In this document: positions 1 through 9,609 of the stretch, piece by piece
Layout of the letters: each line of letters begins with the position of its first letter
Numbering within the stretch: position 1 is the stretch's first letter
Notes under the pieces: generated by a model
What the model was told of the DNA's origin: nothing
Databases searched by the model: none
Seen by the model: only the letters and a program-made list of their open reading frames with translations
Assembly: GCA_016926625.1 (NCBI GenBank)
Contig: JAFGOE010000013.1
Coordinates: forward strand, 1,308-65,307
Reading direction: 5' to 3'
Length of the DNA: 64,000 nt
Origin: Candidatus Zhuqueibacterota bacterium
Lineage (GTDB): Bacteria > Zhuqueibacterota > Zhuqueibacteria > Thermofontimicrobiales > Thiofontviventaceae
Position numbers and translations under genes: made by a program

Positions 1-1422
1 TCGAGTCCCCGCAGCAGGCCAGATGCTTCGGCTCAGGGTACGAGTGATCTGAAGGATAATTTACTACTGCGTGTGTTTATTGATAAGAGCAGGGTGTATG
101 TGAATGAACCCGTCATTTTGAGCTATAAGATCTACACGGCGGTTACGGTGACGAGCTACGGAATTTCGAAGCAGCCGGATATGGAAGGTTTTTGGGTTGA
201 GGAGTTTGAATTACCCAATCCACCCCCTACGAAGCGAGAGATGTACAATGGTAAGGAATACATCGTGGCTGAAATCCGTAAGCTGGCGTTATTCCCCACC
301 GATGCAGGCAAAAAGACGGTAGGATCCATGCAAATCCAGTGTGATGTACGGGTTCAGAACCAGCGACGATCGATATTCGATAGTTTTTTCGATGATCCGT
401 TTTTTGGTCGTTCGATCAAGGCAGATGTATTTTCATCGCCTGTCAATATCGAGGTATTACCGCTGCCAGAGACCGGCAGACCGGCCTCATTTTCCGGAGC
501 AGTCGGAGATTACACTATGGCTGCCGCTGTGGATAAGCAAACGGTCGAGACAAACGATGCCATCGCATTGAAGTTAACATTAAAGGGTACCGGAAACATC
601 AAGATGCTGCCTGAGCCTGAAGTGAACATACCTCCTGATTTCGAGAAGTACGATCCAAAAATATCGAGATCGATCGAGCGAACGGGGAACCGTATAGCGG
701 GCAGCAAAGTGATGGAATACGTATTAATTCCGCGGTTTCCAGGGATACAAAGAATTAGACCCATTGAATTTAACTTTTTCAATCCACGCACTAGCAGTTA
801 CGAGACGATTCGGACCAGCGAGCTGGTGATCGATGTGCTTCAGGGTGATGACGAAATGAGCGTTGCCGGAGCGGGATTGAGCAAAGAAGAGGTTAAGTTG
901 TTAGGGCAGGACATACGGTTTATTCAGCGGAACATACCCAAATTGAGAAGGCAAGGACACTTTTTCTATCAGAGTCCGTTTTTTATAATCGGATTGCTGC
1001 TGCCGCTGGTGTTGATGATTGCAGCGATATTGCAGCGGAGACATATGGATAAGATGTATGAGAACCAGGCCTATGCGAGGAACAGGAAGGCGAATCAGTT
1101 AGCCAGGAAACGACTCCGGAGAGCCAGGTCGTTATTACAAGAGGATACCCAGAAGGAGTTTTACGCCGAAACGAGTCGAGCACTTATCGGATTTTTAGCC
1201 GATAAGCTCAATTTATCCGCAGCCGGGATAATTACGGACGAACTGGAGGCGATGATGAGGGAGAAGGGCATAGACCAGGAGACGGTCGCCTCTTTCATGG
1301 ATTGTATTAATCGCTGCGATTATCAGCGATTTGCACCGTCGGATTCGACGACAGAGGAGATGAATCAATTGTACGAGCAGGCTCAAATGGTCATCAGTAA
1401 AATCGAGAGAAGCATAAAATAG
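1..1422 (+). CDS. batD: BatD-like oxygen-tolerance (aerotolerance operon) protein, 5' end truncated by window edge
   Basis: Frame 1 is open from nt 1, with no stop before the annotated GTG at 73. The N-terminal region (VNEPVILSYKIYT...GFWVEEF) and a C-proximal TM helix followed by a charged cytoplasmic tail are typical of BatD. A TPR/SH3 BatE-like gene follows. Confidence 0.55.
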   Translation, partial: SSPRSRPDASAQGTSDLKDNLLLRVFIDKSRVYVNEPVILSYKIYTAVTVTSYGISKQPDMEGFWVEEFELPNPPPTKREMYNGKEYIVAEIRKLALFPTDAGKKTVGSMQIQCDVRVQNQRRSIFDSFFDDPFFGRSIKADVFSSPVNIEVLPLPETGRPASFSGAVGDYTMAAAVDKQTVETNDAIALKLTLKGTGNIKMLPEPEVNIPPDFEKYDPKISRSIERTGNRIAGSKVMEYVLIPRFPGIQRIRPIEFNFFNPRTSSYETIRTSELVIDVLQGDDEMSVAGAGLSKEEVKLLGQDIRFIQRNIPKLRRQGHFFYQSPFFIIGLLLPLVLMIAAILQRRHMDKMYENQAYARNRKANQLARKRLRRARSLLQEDTQKEFYAETSRALIGFLADKLNLSAAGIITDELEAMMREKGIDQETVASFMDCINRCDYQRFAPSDSTTEEMNQLYEQAQMVISKIERSIK

Positions 1423-1449
1423 AATTTAAGGGATAAAGCGGCAGGTAAG

Positions 1450-2217
1450 ATGATGCGAAGAGCAGTAACCTATTTGATATTCAGTTTGATCGTAATGAGG
1501 TGGAGTGTAGTTTATGCCGACCACTTCAGCCATCTGTTTGAGCAGGCCAGCGAAGCCTATGAGAACGCGAACTTCCAGGAGGCTATCGGACTATATGAAG
1601 AGATTATTGATAACGGATACGAATCGTGGGAAGTGTATTACAACCTCGGGAATGCATATTATAAGCAGATAGACATTGGTAAGGCGATATTGAACTATGA
1701 GCGAGCGACTCGCTTGCTGCCTGATAATGAAGATATTCAGTACAATCTTCAATTAGCGAATCTCAGGGTCATCGATAAAATACAGTCGCCGCCGCAGTTT
1801 TTCTTTTCTAAATTCGTCGAAAGGATAAAAAATCTATTCAGCATTGATAGTTTATCCATGATCGTGCTGATCGCATATATCATGACAGTCGTATTAATTA
1901 TTATCATGATGTTAGTTAAGCTTGGTTCATTTCGTATGATGACGAAAGTTATCACCTATGTCTTTGTCATCGTTCTGATCTTATCATCTCTTCTGTTATA
2001 CATGAAAATTCACGAAATGAATCATACCCGTTACGGGATCATATTAGTTCCTAAGGTCATTGTTTATAGTTCTCCGGAAGAGAACGGAACCGAAATTTTT
2101 TCCTTACATGAGGGATCTAAAGTTAAATTAACACGTGCGATCGATAGCTGGTCACAAATTCGACTAACGGATGGTAAAACCGGATGGCTTAAAAACGATG
2201 CATTTGAAATCATCTAG
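1450..2217 (+). CDS. batE: BatE-like protein: N-terminal TPR repeats, TM segments, C-terminal SH3b domain
   Basis: TPR consensus is present (YYNLGNAYYKQ..AILNYERA). Hydrophobic helices occur mid-protein. The C-terminal SH3_3-like segment reads GSKVKLT..DSWSQIRLTDGKTGWL. It lies 28 bp after the batD stop. Confidence 0.5.
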   Translation: MMRRAVTYLIFSLIVMRWSVVYADHFSHLFEQASEAYENANFQEAIGLYEEIIDNGYESWEVYYNLGNAYYKQIDIGKAILNYERATRLLPDNEDIQYNLQLANLRVIDKIQSPPQFFFSKFVERIKNLFSIDSLSMIVLIAYIMTVVLIIIMMLVKLGSFRMMTKVITYVFVIVLILSSLLLYMKIHEMNHTRYGIILVPKVIVYSSPEENGTEIFSLHEGSKVKLTRAIDSWSQIRLTDGKTGWLKNDAFEII

Positions 2218-2262
2218 AAGAAGTACAGCGATTAGACACAAAGGAAACTTTTTGAATATAGA

Positions 2263-2865
2263 ATGAGCAGACGAAATGACACGAATCATCGATTGTTATT
2301 AGAGCGATCGATGATCATTTCAATCATGATGATTCTGATTGTTCTTCATTTATTTCCCACGTTCAAGTTCCAGCGACCGATCACGGAAAGCCTACAGATC
2401 ACGATTGAAATTGAAGATATACCCGTAACGCGACAGATACGTTTTAATCCGCCGCCATCGAGGCCAGTTGTACCCATTCCTTCGGAGGACGAATCGATAC
2501 CGACGGATGAAACGATCGTTGCATTCGAACAGAGTTCTCAATTCAACAGCATATTCGACAATGGGATATCGGGTTTTGGGATAATTCCTACTCTACCCGC
2601 ACGGTTGCTAAAGGAAGTCATTCCTGAATATCCTCAAGAGGATTATCGGCGCGGGGTGACGGGAATTATCAAATTACACGTTCACATCAATGAAAACGGC
2701 GACGTGACAGAGGTCGTCGTCTTAGAAAATACGACAAAGAGTGAATTATGTGCAGAGGCAGCTAAATTAGCTGCCTTGAAATGTAAATATCAGCCTGCGC
2801 GAAGAGGAAAAGAGTACGTCAGCAGTTGGATGAGTCGTGTTATTAAATTTGAAATAGACCGATGA
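2263..2865 (+). CDS. TonB C-terminal domain energy-transducer protein
   Basis: An N-terminal TM anchor is followed by a Pro-rich linker (PPPSRPVVPIP). The C-terminal TonB fold motif reads YPQEDYRRGVTGIIKLHVHINENGDVTEVVV. Confidence 0.6.
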   Translation: MSRRNDTNHRLLLERSMIISIMMILIVLHLFPTFKFQRPITESLQITIEIEDIPVTRQIRFNPPPSRPVVPIPSEDESIPTDETIVAFEQSSQFNSIFDNGISGFGIIPTLPARLLKEVIPEYPQEDYRRGVTGIIKLHVHINENGDVTEVVVLENTTKSELCAEAAKLAALKCKYQPARRGKEYVSSWMSRVIKFEIDR

Positions 2866-2912
2866 TTTGTTCTACCGTTGCTTTTTGGCGATATCATCGA
2901 GTTCAGGGCCTG

Positions 2913-3194
2913 TTAATTTTTTATTAAACCGATTCGTTTCAATCGGTTACCCGTACTTGCGTTGAGTTCATCGATTCGCTTCTTTATCCGCTCAAATTCA
3001 GCAGCATCAATATCCTTGCAATTTTTATCTCTCAGCACAATAAAGTCCTTTTTGATCTGCATATATTCGTCCAGCGGTAATAAACAGATAAGGGCTTCGC
3101 GAATAAAGTCGGATGTATCTCGTTTACAGATATTACTTACTTGTTTGAGGTATTCTTCCTGGTCCTTCGTTAACTCGATAAATATTTTTTTCAT
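2913..3194 (-). CDS. Ribbon-helix-helix (CopG/Arc/MetJ-type) DNA-binding protein with about 50 aa C-terminal extension
   Basis: The N-terminus KKIFIELTKDQEEYLKQVS..RDTSDFIREAL matches the beta-strand, helix A and helix B pattern of RHH antitoxins and repressors. An RBS-like sequence precedes the ATG. The gene is divergent from the ATPase gene at 3636. Confidence 0.5.
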   Translation of the reverse strand: MKKIFIELTKDQEEYLKQVSNICKRDTSDFIREALICLLPLDEYMQIKKDFIVLRDKNCKDIDAAEFERIKKRIDELNASTGNRLKRIGLIKN

Positions 3195-3580
3195 CGACTA
3201 TCTCCTGATTACAGTTGCACTGGAACTCTCTTCCAATAATTCGTATTCCGCTTGGATGGGTCTGAATGAAGCGGTTCTTTCTTTTTTAGGTAAAACGATT
3301 TTGAACATGACGATAGAAGTCATTCTATTCGATTATCAAACCGGATACATCAGGTAACGTTTGGTGTTGACATGAGCGAAATATACAATTTGCATGCCAT
3401 AAAATAAATGATAGTTTAACATATTGAAAATAAAATAGATATAAACTACTCTAGTTATCGTTTACCTCGTGATTTGTATGAGATGGCGTAGTTGAGATAC
3501 AAAAATGTTGTGAACGATTCAGATTTGTAATTAAGAAATTCTCGAAGCGGATCAGGCATGAGGTGCTGGTCACATTTTTA

Positions 3581-3609
3581 TTGCATTTGGCTCTTTAACT
3601 TACTATATT
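3581..3609 (+). promoter_or_regulatory. Sigma70-like promoter (TTGCAT-N17-TATATT) upstream of the ATPase gene
   Basis: The -35 element TTGCAT is at 3581-3586. A 17-nt spacer separates it from the -10 element TATATT at 3604-3609. A GGGAGGAG RBS lies at 3623-3630 and the ATG at 3636. Confidence 0.3.
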
Positions 3610-3635
3610 GTAGACAATAACGTCGGGAGGAGCAG

Positions 3636-4991
3636 ATGAATGGCCTGTTCGAGCGAAAGCCTGCAAGAAATGTGTACCATGCTTTGAATTGGTGCAATCC
3701 TAAGAGTACGATTGCGGATTGGCTTGAGGAATTTTACGTCGACAGGGGGGAAACGAGTCCTATTGAGGAGATTAAAGAGCATTTACTCTCTGAGCTCGAA
3801 AATCCGAAGATCATACTGGCTGGGCCTCGCGGATGCGGGAAAGTCACTGAGATGCTTAAGTTGAGTGATGACAGTGAGATCAGGCGTCATTTTTACGTCA
3901 AGTTTTTTCCGGGAGCTGTCGATATCAGCATTCTGATTGCCAAAATGCTGCAAAATGTTGTCGATATCGCCAAAGAGGTAGGGCTGGCTCAATTGGAGGA
4001 CGTGAGAGAGGCTAATGATTTCCTGTTGTTCCGGACGAGTTGGAATGAGATAGTTGAAGTGACGGCCGTTCCGGAGCGGGACGTGTTCAATGAGCGCTGG
4101 GTTGATAATAGTCGCTACACTGATAAAAGGGCGACGGTCACTAAAAAAAAGCCAGCGGATGTGGAACCCCTCACGATGACCATCTGGATCAACAATATTA
4201 CGGCTCAGATTAAAAAGAAAAAACGAAAGGATGTTCTTCTGGTCGTGGTGGGCATGGACAAGATGGAGGCCGACAAGGTCATTACCTTGTTTAAAGAGAA
4301 GGTGGTTCCGATAAATGGTATCAAATGTTTTATCATATTTACAGCACCTGCCGAGCTATACTTCAATCCGAACATAAACGTCATTCGCAGAAATTACTCA
4401 GAGATCTATTTTTTGCCTAACTTTTACGCCTGGAAGCGAGGCAACGAACTTGCATGGAATTATGATCGAATGCGTCATATCTTGCTTAATCGCGTCAGCT
4501 ATGAACTGCTCGATCGTCCTGAGCCGATCATCGAGCAGCTCATTCATTACAGTGGTGGTGTACCGTATGAACTATTGGATTTGGCGCGACATTGTGCGTT
4601 AATCTCATCCCGGCAAGTCATTCACTGGTTATGGTATTACAAACCGTTCTGGTACATCTGGATTTTCTTTTTCTCTCCGAAACGACAGAAGATCAAGCTT
4701 GAAGATTTAGAGGACAGGGTGATCCAGCGGCGTAGGCGAATTTACGAAAACTCATTGACGGATGATCAAAAGAAATTACTGCTTGAGATTAAAAACAAAG
4801 AAACCTCAGTGGATCTGAACGATCCGAAGCATAAGGAATTATATGATAATAACTTGATCATTCTCTATGGGCCGGAAAAGAAGATGTTTTTCGAAGTTAA
4901 TCCGATCATCGATATACTATTAGATAACTATTCCAGTACGGTAAATACAGGGGGGCAACAGGTTATGTCGAATACCCCGGATGCGGAATGA
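3636..4991 (+). CDS. P-loop NTPase, Arch_ATPase/ATPase_2 (PF01637)-like AAA+ superfamily protein; hypothetical function
   Basis: The Walker A-like motif ILAGPRGCGKVTEM resembles the GPRRxGKT signature of ATPase_2. A Walker B-like segment DVLLVVVGMD is present. A strong RBS precedes the ATG. No characterised homolog was recognised. Confidence 0.45.
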   Translation: MNGLFERKPARNVYHALNWCNPKSTIADWLEEFYVDRGETSPIEEIKEHLLSELENPKIILAGPRGCGKVTEMLKLSDDSEIRRHFYVKFFPGAVDISILIAKMLQNVVDIAKEVGLAQLEDVREANDFLLFRTSWNEIVEVTAVPERDVFNERWVDNSRYTDKRATVTKKKPADVEPLTMTIWINNITAQIKKKKRKDVLLVVVGMDKMEADKVITLFKEKVVPINGIKCFIIFTAPAELYFNPNINVIRRNYSEIYFLPNFYAWKRGNELAWNYDRMRHILLNRVSYELLDRPEPIIEQLIHYSGGVPYELLDLARHCALISSRQVIHWLWYYKPFWYIWIFFFSPKRQKIKLEDLEDRVIQRRRRIYENSLTDDQKKLLLEIKNKETSVDLNDPKHKELYDNNLIILYGPEKKMFFEVNPIIDILLDNYSSTVNTGGQQVMSNTPDAE

Positions 4992-5273
4992 CGTCGTGAT
5001 CTTAAGATCATTCATGGCGATTAGCGTGATCGTCCAATGATGAGCGGATTCAATCGGTTGATGATCTTCTCTGCTTTATCAACGTTCGTTCATGAAGTCC
5101 ACATAGAGTGAAGCCGGTGTCTTGTCGGACTACCAGGCAAAGGTGCTGAGGTTGCTTATTGCGATGAACAGGAACTGGAAAATTCTGAATCACGCTGTTA
5201 ACGCGAGTTCCTTTCAGCAGACACGATCATATCATTTCTTCATAGACATGTTACCTATCTTAAGGATATCAAG

Positions 5274-6569
5274 ATGCTGTTACGACTGCTGCGTAAAATT
5301 CTTCACATGCAATTGCATTGGCAAATTTTTATAGCGTTTGCCGTGGGTATTATCGCTGGTATGTTAGCTGGTGAGGAGTCCAGTCTTGGTGGATTAGTGA
5401 GGTGGTACGATATATTCGACTTTTTGGGCGTCCTTTTTATACGCGCTTTAAAAATGATCATCGTGCCACTGATCGCCTCATCGATCATTACCGGTGTTTC
5501 CGGAATCGGTACCTCTGGTTCATTGGGAAAGATAGGCGGCAAGACGTTCCTTTACTACATAAGTACGAGTTTGCTGGCTATCTTAACGGGTTTGATGTTA
5601 GTCAATTTCATCGAACCGGGGATGGAACATGGGATGCCGGTGAAGGATAAGTTGGGCCTGGAGGCATCGAGTCGTGATTTCATCGACGATTTTCAGGACA
5701 CCGGAGCCGATTCGTTAATCAACATTTTCATTCGCATGATCCCGACGAATCCCATCAAATCAGCGGTTGATGGGGATATACTTCCGATTATTTTCTTTTG
5801 TCTGCTGTTCGGATATTTGATAACCAGACTCCCACCCAAATACAATGAGATGCTTACCGATTTCTGGGAGGCAATTTTCAGGGTGATGATGGGCATGACC
5901 AACATCATCATGAAATTCGCACCGATTGGTGTATTTGGATTGATCGCCCGGATAGTCGCCTCGACCGGATTCGATGCATTTGCACCATTGATGAGGTATT
6001 TTATCACAGTGCTGGCCGCGCTGGCCATTCATTTCTTCATTACTTTACCGTTGATTTTGAAGTTCATCGGCAGGGTAAGACCGATACGACATTTAAGGGC
6101 CATGTTGCCCGCGCTGATCACGGCGTTTTCAACCAGTTCGTCATCGGCCACACTGCCATTGACTATGGAATGTGCTGAGAAGAACGCCGGTGTATCCAAT
6201 AAGATCACCAGTTTTGTGTTACCGCTCGGTGCAACCGTCAATATGGACGGGACAGCGCTATACGAATGTGTTGCGGCGATGTTCATTGCGCAGGCATATG
6301 GTATTCAGCTGGGATTTGCAGAACAGTTCGTCATTGTCATTACGGCGCTTCTGGCATCTATCGGCGCCGCGGGCATTCCTTCTGCCGGATTAGTCATGAT
6401 CACCGTTGTTCTCAAAGCCGTGGGTTTGCCGTTAGAGGGAGTCGGATTGATTCTGGCAGTGGACAGAATATTAGATATGACGCGTACGATGATCAATGTT
6501 TACAGCGATTCGTGTGGTGCTGTGATAATCGCACGCAGCGAAGGAGAAATAGATATATTAAACAAATGA
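5274..6569 (+). CDS. Dicarboxylate/amino acid:cation symporter (DAACS; GltP/GltT-like glutamate/aspartate transporter)
   Basis: The protein is multi-TM and carries the conserved AAxFIAQ motif (VAAMFIAQAYG). Serine-rich re-entrant loops are present. The true start may be the internal Met at 5307. Confidence 0.8.
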   Translation: MLLRLLRKILHMQLHWQIFIAFAVGIIAGMLAGEESSLGGLVRWYDIFDFLGVLFIRALKMIIVPLIASSIITGVSGIGTSGSLGKIGGKTFLYYISTSLLAILTGLMLVNFIEPGMEHGMPVKDKLGLEASSRDFIDDFQDTGADSLINIFIRMIPTNPIKSAVDGDILPIIFFCLLFGYLITRLPPKYNEMLTDFWEAIFRVMMGMTNIIMKFAPIGVFGLIARIVASTGFDAFAPLMRYFITVLAALAIHFFITLPLILKFIGRVRPIRHLRAMLPALITAFSTSSSSATLPLTMECAEKNAGVSNKITSFVLPLGATVNMDGTALYECVAAMFIAQAYGIQLGFAEQFVIVITALLASIGAAGIPSAGLVMITVVLKAVGLPLEGVGLILAVDRILDMTRTMINVYSDSCGAVIIARSEGEIDILNK

Positions 6570-6570
6570 A

Positions 6571-7071
6571 ATGGACGAGGTGGGGTCGATGACCTATTCA
6601 TACCTGGTCGAGAGGCTATCGATGTCATCTCGAACCTTAGCGACCGCTGAATCATGCACCGGCGGATTGATTGCCAAGCTGATCACCGATGTACCGGGGT
6701 CCTCTCGAGTCTTTATCGGAGGAGTCGTCACATACAATAACTCGATGAAAAGTAAGTTACTGCGCGTGAAACCGTCTACTCTAGCCGAATTTGGAGCAGT
6801 GAGCAACGAAACTGTGACCGAAATGGTGAAAGGCGTCATACGTCTGATGAATTCTGATTACGGCATTGCCATCAGTGGCATCGCCGGTCCTGCCGGAGGG
6901 AGTACAGTGAAGCCCGTGGGAACTGTTTTTATTGGTACTGGTTGGAGTAAAGAAATTCTGGTTAAGCATTATCTTTTTCAGGGTTCGCGGGAATTAGTCA
7001 GAGAGAAGAGTACGATGGCTGTACTGGAGCAGCTGATCCAGTTTATAGACAAAATTGAACAGGAGAGATAG
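6571..7071 (+). CDS. pncC: CinA C-terminal domain protein / nicotinamide-nucleotide amidohydrolase PncC
   Basis: The segments LATAESCTGGLIAKLITDVPGSS and GIAISGIAGPAGG are diagnostic for the CinA_C domain. Confidence 0.75.
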   Translation: MDEVGSMTYSYLVERLSMSSRTLATAESCTGGLIAKLITDVPGSSRVFIGGVVTYNNSMKSKLLRVKPSTLAEFGAVSNETVTEMVKGVIRLMNSDYGIAISGIAGPAGGSTVKPVGTVFIGTGWSKEILVKHYLFQGSRELVREKSTMAVLEQLIQFIDKIEQER

Positions 7072-7094
7072 TTATTGCTGAATTAGTTCGCAAA

Positions 7095-8411
7095 TTGAAT
7101 TTAGGACATATGATTTCGATCATCGTTGGTACGGTGATCGGCTCCGGTGTATTTATCACAGTACCGATCGTCGCACGGGAGGCTGGCAGTCCAATGCTGG
7201 CCGTCCTTGCATGGTTTATCGGGGGTTTGATCTGGGTTCCCCAAATATTGATTCTCGCTGAACTTGGCTCGGCTTACCCTGAAGAGGGATTTGGTTATCT
7301 TTATCTGAAGAAAGCTGGTAGCAAACCCCTGGCGTTTCTGTATGTTTGGACTGTTTTTTGGACGAGCGATACGCCATCCATCACCATCATTACACTCAGC
7401 GCCAGTTCTGCTTTGGCTTATTTTTATCCTCCTCTGGATAGTACGATACAGGGCAAGCTGTTAGCTGCCTTAATCATTATTTTACTCACGATGGTTCATT
7501 ATCGTGATGTACGACAGGGCGGTAATCTGCAGATTTTTTTGACGCTTGCCAAAATATCTCCGTTGATACTGCTCATTATCTGGGGCATGTTTTATTATGA
7601 TTCTGGCAATTTGACGTTCGTGATGCACCGTGGTACATCAACGACAAACTTATTTACCTTATTGGTAGCCGGAGTAGCGGCTACCACATGGTCTTACGCT
7701 GGCTTTCCTAACATTTTATATATGGCCGGAGAGATCAAGGAGCCGACTAAAAATTTACCACGAGCGCTGATCGGATCCGTATTCGGTATCATGCTGGCAT
7801 ATGTTTTACTGGCGCTGGCGACCAGTGCGATCATCCCCCAGAGTGACCTACTCGGATTTAGCGGAAAATTTGTGAATCCTTTTCAGTACCTCCCTGGTTT
7901 TGCTAAAATTGCAGGTGGTTTCTTAGCCATAGCCGCATTTATTTCCATGATCGGCGCGACAAACGCCTGTATTATGGTGCAGCCACGAATCGAGTATGCG
8001 ATCGCCAAAGACGGGATGTTCTTCTCGATTTTCTCGAAAGTACATCCCCAATATCGCACACCTTACTGGTCGATCATGCTTCAATCGGGTCTGGCCATCA
8101 TGTTGTTGTTCATCGGTAATATCGAAGAGCTGCTTGGTTATTTTACATTATCCTATTTACTGCAGAACGCACTGGTTTATATGGTGATATTTATCCTGAA
8201 GAGAAGGGATGATTATTCGCCGACCTATCATGCTCCGTATTGGAAATTTATGGCTATCGTTTCGATCATCGTGCAACTCTATCTTGCCTATGGCACGTTT
8301 ATCGCCTATCCGCTGGGTGGTGTCTTAGCCACGATTGTTCTTATCGGAACCGGCCTTCCCGTCTATTTCTACTTCGATAAGATCAAATCGAAAGCAGAAA
8401 TTAACTCTTGA
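7095..8411 (+). CDS. APC-family amino acid permease
   Basis: There are twelve predicted TM helices. The N-terminal glycine-rich motif GTVIGSGVFI is typical of APC transporters. Confidence 0.75.
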   Translation: MNLGHMISIIVGTVIGSGVFITVPIVAREAGSPMLAVLAWFIGGLIWVPQILILAELGSAYPEEGFGYLYLKKAGSKPLAFLYVWTVFWTSDTPSITIITLSASSALAYFYPPLDSTIQGKLLAALIIILLTMVHYRDVRQGGNLQIFLTLAKISPLILLIIWGMFYYDSGNLTFVMHRGTSTTNLFTLLVAGVAATTWSYAGFPNILYMAGEIKEPTKNLPRALIGSVFGIMLAYVLLALATSAIIPQSDLLGFSGKFVNPFQYLPGFAKIAGGFLAIAAFISMIGATNACIMVQPRIEYAIAKDGMFFSIFSKVHPQYRTPYWSIMLQSGLAIMLLFIGNIEELLGYFTLSYLLQNALVYMVIFILKRRDDYSPTYHAPYWKFMAIVSIIVQLYLAYGTFIAYPLGGVLATIVLIGTGLPVYFYFDKIKSKAEINS

Positions 8412-8820
8412 AGCGCTTAGAAATAATAGCTATAATTGAACAGGAACTCCCCAAATTAAATTGAAGGTTACTTTCCCTTGTTACGAAGTGATTTCCCATC
8501 ACCGAAGCCTGCTGTTGTTAAGTCAAGCTAATTTTTCTTTCGCACAGGGTAGTTTTCTTTAAATAACTCTTATTTGATACAGATCACACAATGTTATTAT
8601 CGAATTCATTAAATTTGAACAAAATGAAACTTTTCGAATATCACCTCGTTAAAATACAACGATAAAAACAATCTGTTCAAATTTTTAATAAATAAGCAAT
8701 AAATTATTATTTATTCGTAAAAATAAATAATTTAAATAAAATAGTGCTTGACACTTAACGTATAATTGATTAACTTTACTAACTTTTAGTTTAAACAGAC
8801 CGTTAACAAATAAGGAGAGA

Positions 8821-9525
8821 ATGCGAATGAACAAGAAGAATCTAAATATTAAAGCGTCATTGAAGATTCTCTTGATAGTTTTCACTTCGCTTTCGGTGAT
8901 TGGATTCTCGTTTCGTTATTTTGATGATTCCGATAAGACAACGCAGAAGATGAGGCATCTTGAGCGAGCGTTGCAGGATATCCGAGCTGCCATGAACGTG
9001 GACAGTGTACGTCAGTACGGTATCCAAAAAATCATGCGGATCATTACGACATACAACGAGACAATGCCATCTGAGAAAAAATATGAAATTGCCAATGAGA
9101 TATACGAGATGAGTGTAAAATATACAAATTTAGATCTCGATTTAATTTGTGCAACGATAACCCATGAGAGTGCATTGACATGGAATCCTAAAATTAAATC
9201 GCATGCCGGTGCGATCGGGCTGATGCAGATCATGCCAGCTACGGGTATGTATCTGGCGCGATATGAAGGGATTACATGGTCGACTGCGGAGGAGATACTC
9301 GAAGATCCGATATATAATATCAGAATGGGATCGAGATATTTATCTACGTTGATATCTTATTACAACCTTGATGGTGGTTTAGCCGCCTACAACGGAGGTG
9401 AGAAGACAGCCTCGAGATGGTTGGCAAGCAATAAGGCAGATGGTATTTTATACGCCGAAACACGAGATTACATTCCTGCAGTTATCAAGCTATACAAGCA
9501 ATTTCAGGATGAATCTGCGTTGTGA
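8821..9525 (+). CDS. Lytic transglycosylase (SLT domain) with N-terminal membrane anchor
   Basis: The SLT catalytic region reads ATITHESALTWNP...AIGLMQIMPATG...YNGG. Confidence 0.75.
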   Translation: MRMNKKNLNIKASLKILLIVFTSLSVIGFSFRYFDDSDKTTQKMRHLERALQDIRAAMNVDSVRQYGIQKIMRIITTYNETMPSEKKYEIANEIYEMSVKYTNLDLDLICATITHESALTWNPKIKSHAGAIGLMQIMPATGMYLARYEGITWSTAEEILEDPIYNIRMGSRYLSTLISYYNLDGGLAAYNGGEKTASRWLASNKADGILYAETRDYIPAVIKLYKQFQDESAL

Positions 9526-9557
9526 TGTAGTTGATTATTCAAGAGAGATTTAAATCA

Positions 9558-9589
9558 GAGGAAGACATCTTTGTCTTCCTCTTTTTTTT
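9558..9589. terminator. Rho-independent terminator (bidirectional position between SLT gene and GH13 gene)
   Basis: A 9-bp stem (GAGGAAGAC/GTCTTCCTC) with a 6-nt loop is followed by T8. Confidence 0.5.
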
Positions 9590-9609
9590 GTGAAAATGAC
9601 TGAGCAAAT

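Noticed and set aside
341-791. Overlapping small ORFs inside batD (341-571 +, 510-791 -) and similar antisense or out-of-frame ORFs throughout (e.g. 5303-5542, 33274-33795, 37195-37581, 37789-38319, 58064-58534)
   Set aside because: They lie entirely within long ORFs that have clear homology on the other frame or strand. Their amino-acid composition is low-complexity or Arg/Ser/Cys-rich, which is typical of spurious frames.
3367-3395. TTGACA box in the RHH/ATPase intergenic region
   Set aside because: No acceptable -10 hexamer lies at 16-18 nt spacing. The better-supported promoter is TTGCAT-N17-TATATT at 3581-3609.
8748-8766. TTGACA ... TATAAT pair upstream of the SLT gene as a sigma70 promoter
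   Set aside because: The spacer between the two hexamers is only 7 nt, which is incompatible with a sigma70-type promoter. It is retained only as a possible Bacteroidetes-type -7 element in a finding.
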